A program made the translations under genes and the position numbers. The notes beneath the pieces were generated by a model that saw only the letters and a program-made list of their open reading frames with translations, was not told the origin of the DNA and ran no database searches. Below are positions 46,966 to 55,257 of a stretch of DNA of 64,000 bases, one piece after another (position 1 is the stretch's first letter; each line of letters opens with the position of its first letter). The DNA lies in IMG/VR virus record IMGVR_UViG_3300029993_000005, positions 62,001 through 126,000 of that record; one strand, given 5' to 3'.

Positions 46966-47352
46966 ATGCATTACAAAAATAAAGACGTGCCATTGGCTAC
47001 CCCACGTTTAGACTTCACCACGCTAGAGGATTTTGAACTTTTAGCAAGCTGTGCCCCCGCCAACATACAGGCCTTGCATATTTTGGTGGACGCCTCTACC
47101 TATGCAATCCTGTGTGATCAAATCGAGGACTTCAAGTATCTCAGGTTCACTCAAGCTGGATTTAAGACCCCGATTCCACATGATGGTTATGTTTGCTACG
47201 TAGCTAATGCTCTGGTGTTCACCGATGCCTGGCTACCAGTAAATAAACAGTGGGTGAACGACAATGGACAGGCCGGACGTCCTCAATTCTTGATTGTGCC
47301 CGAAGAGAATTTCAAACCATATATTCCGAAACCAAAACAACACGGTGACTGA
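46966..47352 (+). CDS. hypothetical protein
   Basis: start refined to ATG 46966. Confidence 0.55.
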   Translation: MHYKNKDVPLATPRLDFTTLEDFELLASCAPANIQALHILVDASTYAILCDQIEDFKYLRFTQAGFKTPIPHDGYVCYVANALVFTDAWLPVNKQWVNDNGQAGRPQFLIVPEENFKPYIPKPKQHGD

Positions 47353-47353
47353 C

Positions 47354-47563
47354 ATGGACCTAGCCGATGACGATGCAATTAGACTAGCCTTGATTCTAGG
47401 TATTGTTTTGCTACTCATGTTCAGTAACCAAGCATTAATCGCCATAGATGCTGTGCACAACAAACTGTTGAGGTTCAATCGCTGGCTTATCCATAATAAG
47501 CTGAAGGCTCCCGTTGTCTTTACCTTGGTGCTTGTTCTCTTAGTTCTGTTAATGAGACCCTAA
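47354..47563 (+). CDS. small two-TM membrane protein
   Basis: two hydrophobic helices. Confidence 0.5.
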   Translation: MDLADDDAIRLALILGIVLLLMFSNQALIAIDAVHNKLLRFNRWLIHNKLKAPVVFTLVLVLLVLLMRP

Positions 47564-47565
47564 AA

Positions 47566-48693
47566 ATGTTTGATAAGAACTACGATTGGTACGTCGTTGG
47601 ATCAGGATTTACTGGTGCTTCATTCGCTAGGGCGCGTGCTGATAAAGGTGACAGAGTGCTCGTGGTTGAACAACGCAACCACATCGGCGGTAATGCTTAC
47701 GACTATTGGGAAAATGGACAACTACTAGCCAAGTATGGACCTCACTTGTTTCACACGAATTCACAAAAAGTAGTGGATTTTCTTTCACGATTCACCAACT
47801 GGCGTCCCTACGAGCACCGAGTAGCGGTCGAGGTCGACGGACAGTCTATACCGTTACCCATCAATTATAATTCACTTGAACAGTGGTTTGGAACCGAGGG
47901 TTCTGCTGAAATACTTATGGACCTGCGTGACCACTATGGTTTCGACAAGACAGTAAATATACTGCAGCTCCGTGAGGACAACAAGACAAAGCTCCTTGAA
48001 GCAGTTGCTGACCTTATTTATAAGAAAGTGTTCGAACCTTATAGCCGAAAGCAGTGGGGCTCGCATTTCGAAAATCTAGATTCTTCGGTTATGGGTCGGG
48101 TGCCTATTCGGTTGAATCGAGATGACCGATATTTCACAGACAGTTTTCAAATGATGCCTACTGACGGCTACACCACAATGTTTGAGAACATGCTTAGTCA
48201 TCCTAACATTCAGATTTTGCTGAACGCTGATTACAACGATCTCATGTCTGGACCCCAGCCAGTTCCTGTTTTCTATACGGGTTCGATTGATGAGTATTTC
48301 AATTACAAACTTGGTATCCTTCCCTACAGAACCTTAGACTTCGCCAACGTGACAAGTGAATACTATAAGCAGAGCATAGCTACTATGAACATGCCTCAGC
48401 ATATGCTTTATACACGGGCCACGAACCAGACATTGGTCAACGGGTATAAAGGACAGCCTCAAGTTATTACCTTTGAGTCCGCACGTGAATTTGAACTTGG
48501 TACTTCAGATATTCGATATTACCCGGTACCCACGTCCGAGACACAAAATTTGTATAAAGACTACGATAAATATGCTGAGACCTATCTCAAGGGTTGCACA
48601 CCCGTGCATTTCGCCGGACGTTTGGGTAGCTATCAATACTTGAATATGGATCAGGCCTGTGCTCAAGGTCTACAGCGGGCAGCTACACTATGA
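47566..48693 (+). CDS. glf: UDP-galactopyranose mutase
   Basis: VVGSGFTG, EQRNHIGGNAYD, YGPHLFHTN, RDDRYFTD, PYRTLDF, RYYP, GRLGSYQYLNMDQA. Confidence 0.95.
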   Translation: MFDKNYDWYVVGSGFTGASFARARADKGDRVLVVEQRNHIGGNAYDYWENGQLLAKYGPHLFHTNSQKVVDFLSRFTNWRPYEHRVAVEVDGQSIPLPINYNSLEQWFGTEGSAEILMDLRDHYGFDKTVNILQLREDNKTKLLEAVADLIYKKVFEPYSRKQWGSHFENLDSSVMGRVPIRLNRDDRYFTDSFQMMPTDGYTTMFENMLSHPNIQILLNADYNDLMSGPQPVPVFYTGSIDEYFNYKLGILPYRTLDFANVTSEYYKQSIATMNMPQHMLYTRATNQTLVNGYKGQPQVITFESAREFELGTSDIRYYPVPTSETQNLYKDYDKYAETYLKGCTPVHFAGRLGSYQYLNMDQACAQGLQRAATL

Positions 48694-48872
48694 CTACTAT
48701 TATGAAAGTTCGTCGATTTTCCGGGCGTTCTGAAGAACTATGCACTTTTATCAATAGTCGCCACATGTCTGAAGCTGTGGTGAGCATATCCGTAGTAGCT
48801 AGACTTAGAGATGGAGCTCCTTGGACTTATGATATTTTCTACAAAGAAGAACAAAGTGAGTTTGCCCCATGA
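48690..48872 (+). CDS. hypothetical protein
   Basis: 60 aa, overlap-coupled. Confidence 0.5.
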   Translation: MTTIMKVRRFSGRSEELCTFINSRHMSEAVVSISVVARLRDGAPWTYDIFYKEEQSEFAP

Positions 48873-49762
48873 TCATAAGCCAGGCACACAAATTCGCGTT
48901 TATTCATAATCCAAAGGTGGCTGGTACGTCTGTACGCAAGGCTATTGCCAGCTACCATGATTATCCAGAGCGCTTCTGGCACCAGGGATTCTTGGAGGAG
49001 CATAATCGTGTAGTGGACTTAGCACATATCCCTTACAGGGACCTGGATGCACGCATAAAGACTGCGTTATCCAAGTGCTTCGTCTTTGGGTTTGTTAGGC
49101 ACCCAGTGTTAAGATTTTGGGCCTCTTTAGCAGAGTTCCGTAGGCAGCATGCTGATTGGAACGTTGCTAAGCTAAGTGCTGACGAGCTATTGAATACTTG
49201 GTTGACACCAGCCAACATTCGTTACGACTGGCGGTTTACGCATTTCTGCCCTCAGCATTACTTCTTCTACGAGGGCAACAAGTGCAAGGCCGATTACATT
49301 GGTCGACACGAGGACTTCAAACGCTCGTGGTCCAATGTTCAAAAATTAATTGGCTTGGACCTCGATCCTTTGGACAACAATCGAAGTCGGGGATATCTAG
49401 AACCAGAGGCTCTGGAACCAGCCTCTTACGCACACATACAACGCCTGTACATGAAAGACACGCTGCTCTTTGGTTACGAGCGTTGGGACACTAGTTGCGA
49501 TGCCATTGCTGAAGACGGAAGGCCAAGTCCTCAGTGTCAACCAATTCCCAATACGCATGAACATCGTGTGGAACTTATCCATGTCCCTTATTTGGATGCC
49601 AGCACGCTAGCCGATCTACCTTTGGGCGAACGTGTAGCCTTTCTCGAAACAAGGGTTCGTCAGTACGAACGTGAGTTCAAGCTCAGAAATAAACACCAAG
49701 AAGCTCAAGAAATAGGTGATAAACAATTTTCTTTACCCGATGAACAAGTTCAAGATATATAA
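48869..49762 (+). CDS. sulfotransferase family 2-like protein
   Basis: FIHNPKVAGTS (5'-PSB), FVRHPVLRFWAS (3'-PB), HFCPQH, YIGRHED. Confidence 0.8.
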   Translation: MIISQAHKFAFIHNPKVAGTSVRKAIASYHDYPERFWHQGFLEEHNRVVDLAHIPYRDLDARIKTALSKCFVFGFVRHPVLRFWASLAEFRRQHADWNVAKLSADELLNTWLTPANIRYDWRFTHFCPQHYFFYEGNKCKADYIGRHEDFKRSWSNVQKLIGLDLDPLDNNRSRGYLEPEALEPASYAHIQRLYMKDTLLFGYERWDTSCDAIAEDGRPSPQCQPIPNTHEHRVELIHVPYLDASTLADLPLGERVAFLETRVRQYEREFKLRNKHQEAQEIGDKQFSLPDEQVQDI

Positions 49763-49775
49763 ATAGGAACTCACT

Positions 49776-50045
49776 ATGAAACGTCGTTCTTTTCTATCCG
49801 TGCTCGGAATGTCTCCGGCCTTGGTAGCGCTGCCCTCAGTCAGTAAAAATGTTCCTGTGGTTAAAGCTTGGACACAACCGGCTGCTGAAAACATTAGTCC
49901 TCTAGACCGTCTGACAGAACTTGATAACCAGGGTGTTCCTATCCCTATGCGCGTATGTGCCCGTGCTGCAGGCATAAACTACGATTTGTTGCTTAAAGAT
50001 ATTCAAGCTGATGCTTATTACCGTCAACTTTTATCGGAAGCCTGA
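49776..50045 (+). CDS. small protein with twin-arginine-like N-terminus
   Basis: MKRRSFLSVLG. Confidence 0.5.
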   Translation: MKRRSFLSVLGMSPALVALPSVSKNVPVVKAWTQPAAENISPLDRLTELDNQGVPIPMRVCARAAGINYDLLLKDIQADAYYRQLLSEA

Positions 50046-50047
50046 CT

Positions 50048-50332
50048 ATGTCTAGAATAGGTGAACAACAATTAGAAGCATGGACATCTGCAAAAACACG
50101 GTGGCCTGCATACACATTTGCTAGGCACTACAAGGGTGGCACTTATCGCGTACTACGCATAGCTTTCGCTGAAGCTGATCTAGAAATTCAGGTGGTGTAT
50201 GAAAATGGTGAAGGCCTAGTATTCACACGCCCACTGGATGATTTTGAGTCCTATGTATTTACTGATATTTCACTTAAGCGATTCGTTGCTATCGATGTGG
50301 TACCTACTGACTGGCAGTCCGTATCATGGTGA
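50048..50332 (+). CDS. DUF1653-like protein
   Basis: RHYKGGTYRVL...VVYE...FTRPLDDF. Confidence 0.75.
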   Translation: MSRIGEQQLEAWTSAKTRWPAYTFARHYKGGTYRVLRIAFAEADLEIQVVYENGEGLVFTRPLDDFESYVFTDISLKRFVAIDVVPTDWQSVSW

Positions 50333-50898
50333 ATAAAGTCATGTTTGGAGACTTTAGCGCTCTGACCTCCAGAGTAACCCCTGATTTGAATCCTCCACCA
50401 CTAAGTCCTAGCCCAAACCCAATAATTCTAAGGGAAACAATGATACAGACCCTAACGTTCGAAGACTCAACTATCCCTGATACTGATTTTGAGGCAATGT
50501 TTCAACTCGCTAAAGATCGTATTGACTTGTGTAAGAAGAAAAATGAGGAGTACGGGAGTAGTTGGTGTAAGCGTGGTGGGGCCGGTGCTTTCTTCAGTGT
50601 GATACGTAAAACAGACAGACTGGAGACTCAGGCTAGGAATAGAAACTACGATCTGTTTAATGTTGACGAGGACCCGAATAGCACAGAGTCTCTGGACGAA
50701 ACCCTGCTCGATACTGTTGCTTACTATCTTTTGATTCTTGAAAAGAGACAGGCTAAGCGTCAAATGATGGCCAATCTAATTGAACAGTTCCAAGCAGCCG
50801 ATACATACCCTATCGGAGCCTCTGTTACGAATTCAAGTAACCATCAAACTAATACGTTTGATATTAGCTATAACAACGGTATCAAAGATGACAGTTAA
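50326..50898 (+). CDS. DUF1599 / nucleotide-modification-associated domain 1-like protein
   Basis: KKKNEEYGSSW...RKTDRL...ESLDETLLDTVAYYLL. Confidence 0.65.
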   Translation: MVNKVMFGDFSALTSRVTPDLNPPPLSPSPNPIILRETMIQTLTFEDSTIPDTDFEAMFQLAKDRIDLCKKKNEEYGSSWCKRGGAGAFFSVIRKTDRLETQARNRNYDLFNVDEDPNSTESLDETLLDTVAYYLLILEKRQAKRQMMANLIEQFQAADTYPIGASVTNSSNHQTNTFDISYNNGIKDDS

Positions 50899-51355
50899 TC
50901 CTCACATAATTATTTGTGACATTGACGGTGTCTGTGTTGATGCTGATCACAGACTACCGTATCTTATGTCCGGAGACAGAGAATCTTATATCAAGGCCGC
51001 TGTTGATGATAAACCCCTAACCCCAGGCTGTGTCATATACAGAAAGTTTTTGAACGATAAGAACTACAAACTATTGTTCGTCACCAGTCGTAAAGACGTT
51101 CTCAATTATCGTCAAGTCACGTTGAATCAAATTCGCAATTTTGTCAGTCAAGAAATCGAGGACTGGCAACTTTTAATGCGTCCAGCAGATTCTGATTTCT
51201 ATACCGTACCTGACGCCGTACTGAAGCCCCTATTAGTAGAAGAACTGGGCATCAAGATCGAGGACATTTTTCTTGTGTTCGAGGACCGTGATTCGACGGT
51301 TAAGGCTTGGCGTGATCTAGGCTGCATAGTTTATCAAACAGCTAGCTGGGATTAA
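50888..51355 (+). CDS. T4 PNK 3'-phosphatase-like HAD protein
   Basis: CDIDG, FVTSR, LLMRP, DAVLK, VFEDRDSTVKAWRDLG; start refined to ATG 50888. Confidence 0.8.
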   Translation: MTVNPHIIICDIDGVCVDADHRLPYLMSGDRESYIKAAVDDKPLTPGCVIYRKFLNDKNYKLLFVTSRKDVLNYRQVTLNQIRNFVSQEIEDWQLLMRPADSDFYTVPDAVLKPLLVEELGIKIEDIFLVFEDRDSTVKAWRDLGCIVYQTASWD

Positions 51356-51411
51356 CCACGAAACTCAATAATCTCCGGTGCTTAATTTTATAATCTATAC
51401 CGGAGAACTGC

Positions 51412-52032
51412 ATGTTAACTCTATCCCAGATAATTAAGAAAACAGGGCCTCTCCGAATTGAAGGCTCCAAGTACGTGGTTATTACAGGTATGAAGAAGGG
51501 GTTTGACAGCTTGGGCCGTCCCTTTGTTGCAGGTGCTAGTTACACCACACATATCATTGGTCCCTATGGAAAGCCCATAGTAAATAAGATAAGACACCGA
51601 TATGTAACGGTCATCACGTTCTTGGACCGTCAACTGAATGTGCTCGTATCCTGTTCTTGTGACGATGCTCAGTACCGAACGGAATATGCACTGCATAGCA
51701 AAGGTGCTGCAGAAATCGAGTACTCGAATGGGGAATATCCATCACACACGAATCCAAAATTAATTCCCTATTGTTGCAAGCACGTATTAGGTCTCTACAA
51801 CAAGATCAAGAGCCAGCTTCCGCAGCCAGCAGGCAAACCGAGAATTACCTTGAAGACTAATCCAGCACAACCTACGGTCTCACCAGTTAAACCACATATT
51901 AAACTCAAACCAGCACCAACCACTGCTCCAGTACCCAGTCCGGTTAAGCCTCATGTCAAGCTCAAGACAGCACCAACTATTCCAACGTCTACACCACCGC
52001 CGAAACCTCGCATCACGCTCAAGTCTAAATAA
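51412..52032 (+). CDS. SWIM zinc-finger protein with Pro/Lys-rich repeat tail
   Basis: VSCSCDD...CCKHV; KPRITLK/KPHIKLK/KPHVKLK/KPRITLK repeats. Confidence 0.65.
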   Translation: MLTLSQIIKKTGPLRIEGSKYVVITGMKKGFDSLGRPFVAGASYTTHIIGPYGKPIVNKIRHRYVTVITFLDRQLNVLVSCSCDDAQYRTEYALHSKGAAEIEYSNGEYPSHTNPKLIPYCCKHVLGLYNKIKSQLPQPAGKPRITLKTNPAQPTVSPVKPHIKLKPAPTTAPVPSPVKPHVKLKTAPTIPTSTPPPKPRITLKSK

Positions 52033-52063
52033 ACTTTAAACCCTTAATTTAGGTGTACTGATC

Positions 52064-52249
52064 ATGATACGAAGAGAAGCGAAATTTGAAGGTGGTCCTT
52101 TAGACGGGAAAGTACTGACGCTCTACATCGGACAGGTTTCCAAACCGGCACCCGTCTACTCCACGTTCCTAGGTGGCTTAGAACATGAGTACAAGCCAAA
52201 GACAGCTAAGGGCCTTGAATATCTCTATCTAGGTCCGCGCAAAACTTAG
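52064..52249 (+). CDS. hypothetical protein
   Basis: GGPLDG motif, AGGT RBS. Confidence 0.55.
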   Translation: MIRREAKFEGGPLDGKVLTLYIGQVSKPAPVYSTFLGGLEHEYKPKTAKGLEYLYLGPRKT

Positions 52250-52263
52250 ACTAGGGATTCTCA

Positions 52264-53241
52264 ATGAGCACCAGAAATTACGAGCATAGCCATACCTTCG
52301 ACGTAATGAAAAACGTCAATGAACAGGTGGTGGGTAATCTGACTAGTCTTCAGTATCTGCAGACCCTAGATCTATTTCTGTGGAATGCACTGACACCTAT
52401 TCACGCTGAATGCCCATCCTTGTTCAACAATTATTTGGCCAAGATAGTTGCCCACCAATCGATTAACGCCAGCACCAAGTTCACTAGCGATGATCGATCC
52501 AAGTTAGCTATTCACTTGTTCAATGTTCTATCTAATCCTGATCCGAAAAAAGCCCACGAACAGGCACGTTTGATGTACATCAATAGAGGCTTGCTTTTCG
52601 GGTTCTTGGCCCTGTTTTTGAAGAAACTTAGGCGCTACGAAAAACTGCATTCTCCGTTCCTTAGCCTAGACCCAGTGGTCAGAAATTCAGAAATTCATCA
52701 AATAGAAAGAAGTGTGGGGCTCAGGCCAAACAGCTCTCTCTACGCGGTCATTCAGCAAGTTAGACACTGGCATGAAAAGGCTTTGTGGTGGAAGGGTGTG
52801 ATCCTAGAAAAGTACACGAGGATGACGCTGCTCCAAGCAAAGTCAGCGTATGAGGATTTCAATCACTACGTGAAGCTTAATGACGTGGTGCAAATCTATT
52901 TGATGGTCCTGAATCGTGCGGTTGACCGTTGTGACGCACGTCAGGGTGTGCTCACCACGTTCATTCAGAACTGGTACAAAAGCGCCCGCTCAGAAATAGC
53001 CGATTTATCAAAGACACAAACCGATGTTAGCTACGAATCAATAGCTGAAGAGCATGGAGATTCGGCATCAGACATTCTAGGTTTTGCGGAACTAGATACG
53101 GGTAGTGAAATGCTGGAGCACATAGCATACACAGCCAAACAGATTGATAAGCATGGCTACGTTAGAGCGCCATTAGGCATTCCTGAGTACGTGACACGAT
53201 CTCAACGTGAGCTCTTAGAGCTATTTATTGTCGAGGACTAG
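52264..53241 (+). CDS. sigma70-family-like transcription factor (region 2 present, region 4 not apparent)
   Basis: LEKYTRMTLLQAK...LNDVVQIYLMVLNRAVDRCDARQGVLTTFIQNWYKSA aligns by eye with sigma70 regions 2.1-2.4. Confidence 0.65.
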   Translation: MSTRNYEHSHTFDVMKNVNEQVVGNLTSLQYLQTLDLFLWNALTPIHAECPSLFNNYLAKIVAHQSINASTKFTSDDRSKLAIHLFNVLSNPDPKKAHEQARLMYINRGLLFGFLALFLKKLRRYEKLHSPFLSLDPVVRNSEIHQIERSVGLRPNSSLYAVIQQVRHWHEKALWWKGVILEKYTRMTLLQAKSAYEDFNHYVKLNDVVQIYLMVLNRAVDRCDARQGVLTTFIQNWYKSARSEIADLSKTQTDVSYESIAEEHGDSASDILGFAELDTGSEMLEHIAYTAKQIDKHGYVRAPLGIPEYVTRSQRELLELFIVED

Positions 53242-53244
53242 TTC

Positions 53245-53601
53245 ATGACCTATTCAAGTTCCAACTCCAGCCGTGAGGCCAGTCTAGAACTGTCTTTGCA
53301 GGCTATGAAGTCCTTGCTCTCAAGCTATGTATTGCGAGCAAAGCAGGCGGAACAAACAGCAGCCCTGTTAATGCAAGAAAAACTAACGGAGGCTCAACTA
53401 GAGGTTCTTCATTCAACAATTCTAGCTCAGTTAGAACAGCATTCGGCAGAGCGTTCAGTGCAACAACAAGCTCTACTGCAAGCCTCGCTAGTTACCCTAA
53501 ACGCAGCAGCAAGCTCACCAGATGAAACATGTAGGACCCTAGTAAATACAATGTTGAAGGACCTAACACTCGCCCTGTCCCACATGAATCCCAGGGCATA
53601 A
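53245..53601 (+). CDS. helical hypothetical protein
   Basis: 118 aa; AGTAAATA box at 53541-53548 near its end. Confidence 0.55.
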   Translation: MTYSSSNSSREASLELSLQAMKSLLSSYVLRAKQAEQTAALLMQEKLTEAQLEVLHSTILAQLEQHSAERSVQQQALLQASLVTLNAAASSPDETCRTLVNTMLKDLTLALSHMNPRA

Positions 53602-53625
53602 ATTTAAACAACAGAGGTTAAGACA

Positions 53626-55164
53626 ATGGCACAACGCGGATCAGATTTCGACTCAGTTAAAACAAATTCACGTCCAGAGAAAAGTCAACCCTCGGACAAG
53701 GTTACGGTTTTCAAATTTCCACCCAAGAAGTGGATTACTTTCAGATGCGCAGGGCCTATCCACAGCTATGCAACAGGCTGGATTAAGACCAAAAAGAAGG
53801 ATGGTAAGTCAGTTAAATTTCCTGTGGTCATGCCTTCCTATGACCCTGAAACTCAACAATTCGATAGCACGATTTACGATCCTTGGTACGGTGTATGGCA
53901 GGGTCAAAAAGATGTGGACCGTGAAGACCAGTTAGTACAACTCAGCACCAAGTATTATACAAACATGATTTGCCGTTCGGTTCAAAAACAAATGCCAGGC
54001 ACTTTGGTCAAGGCGACCTCAGGCGAGCGCAAATCGGGTTTCAAGGACAAGGATAGCGACACGTGGACGCCGTGGGTTGCTGTGAGCCTTCCTGCAGGCG
54101 CAATCGCCAAGATTAAGGACCTGAAGGGTACCAACGTCGTTGAATCAGCTAAGACAGGTAATAGCAAAGCTTATTCGGTAGCTGATGCTAAGTACGGTTG
54201 TGACATCCGTATTATGTATGATCCGGATAAGAGTCCAGCCGAACAATACTCGGTTCAGACAACCAACAAGCGGACACCCATTACCGAAGAAGAGCAAGCG
54301 TTTTTACGCTGGGACACCTCGGACTTGGCAAGTCCTATGACCAAAGAAGAGACCAAGACAGAGTTCGATAACTGGTCCAAGCGTATGGGTATTAAGGTCG
54401 GTAAAAAGGCCAAACCTGAAATTGATGAAGACGAGGACATTGATTCGGATTATGAAGACGACGAACTGGACGATGAGGAGCCTGTAAGCAAGAAGAAAGT
54501 TGCTAAGAAACCAGCGTCTAAGTCCAAGAAGAAAGTTGAAGAGGACGAGGATGAAGATTTTGACGACTCTGAGTCTGAAGACTTTGACGATTCCGATTCA
54601 GACGATGATTCTGACTTTGATGACGAAGAGGAAGACGAACCTGCACCGAAAAAGAAAGTATCAGCAAAACCTGCGGCAAAGGGTAAGAAAAAAGTTGTTG
54701 AGGAAGATGATGAAGACTTCGATGACGATGATTCAGAGGCTGATGACAGCGACGAAGACGACGAGGACTTTGACGATGAACCGGCACCCAAGAAAAAAGC
54801 CCCGGCCAAAAAGCCGGTAGCCAAGGGTAAGAAGAAAGTTGAGGAAGACGAGGACGAAGACTTTGATGACGAGGACGAGTCAGATTCCGATTCAGATGAC
54901 GGTGATGACTCAGACGATGACTTTGATGATGAAGATGATGAGCCTGCACCATCACCAAAGAAGAAGGCTCCCGTCAAGAAACCTGTAGCCAAAACCACGC
55001 CACCAAAGTCAAAACGCAAACCTGTAGTTGAAGATGACGAGGATGAGGACTTTGACGATTCCGATTCAGACGATGATTCTGACTTTGATGACGAAGAGGA
55101 AGACGAGCCCGCACCCCGTCGTAAGGCACCAGCAAAACCTGTTGCTAAGAAGGTCAAGCGTTAA
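53626..55164 (+). CDS. gp32-like single-stranded DNA-binding protein with long acidic/basic repeat tail
   Basis: WITFRCAG, KYYTNMI, GCDIRIMYD, QYSV core; position next to RecA; acidic tail. Confidence 0.6.
   Translation: MAQRGSDFDSVKTNSRPEKSQPSDKVTVFKFPPKKWITFRCAGPIHSYATGWIKTKKKDGKSVKFPVVMPSYDPETQQFDSTIYDPWYGVWQGQKDVDREDQLVQLSTKYYTNMICRSVQKQMPGTLVKATSGERKSGFKDKDSDTWTPWVAVSLPAGAIAKIKDLKGTNVVESAKTGNSKAYSVADAKYGCDIRIMYDPDKSPAEQYSVQTTNKRTPITEEEQAFLRWDTSDLASPMTKEETKTEFDNWSKRMGIKVGKKAKPEIDEDEDIDSDYEDDELDDEEPVSKKKVAKKPASKSKKKVEEDEDEDFDDSESEDFDDSDSDDDSDFDDEEEDEPAPKKKVSAKPAAKGKKKVVEEDDEDFDDDDSEADDSDEDDEDFDDEPAPKKKAPAKKPVAKGKKKVEEDEDEDFDDEDESDSDSDDGDDSDDDFDDEDDEPAPSPKKKAPVKKPVAKTTPPKSKRKPVVEDDEDEDFDDSDSDDDSDFDDEEEDEPAPRRKAPAKPVAKKVKR
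54580..55106. repeat. 59-bp exact direct repeat (54580-54638 and 55048-55106) inside SSB tail
   Basis: gactttgacgattccgattcagacgatgattctgactttgatgacgaagaggaagacga twice. Confidence 0.9.
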
Positions 55165-55197
55165 ACCTGTTAATTAGCAAGTGTGAAGTGCCCTCTG

Positions 55198-55235
55198 GCC
55201 CTGACCTGAACGCAGATTCACGTCGGGGCTTTTTC
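55198..55235 (+). terminator. probable intrinsic terminator after SSB
   Basis: gccctgac...gtcggggc then tttttc. Confidence 0.55.
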
Positions 55236-55257
55236 ATTATTGTCCTCAAGGATAACC

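Noticed and set aside
54450-55157. 235-aa poly-Ser antisense ORF (and 54518..54958)
   Set aside because: Mirror of the Asp/Glu codon repeats of the SSB tail.
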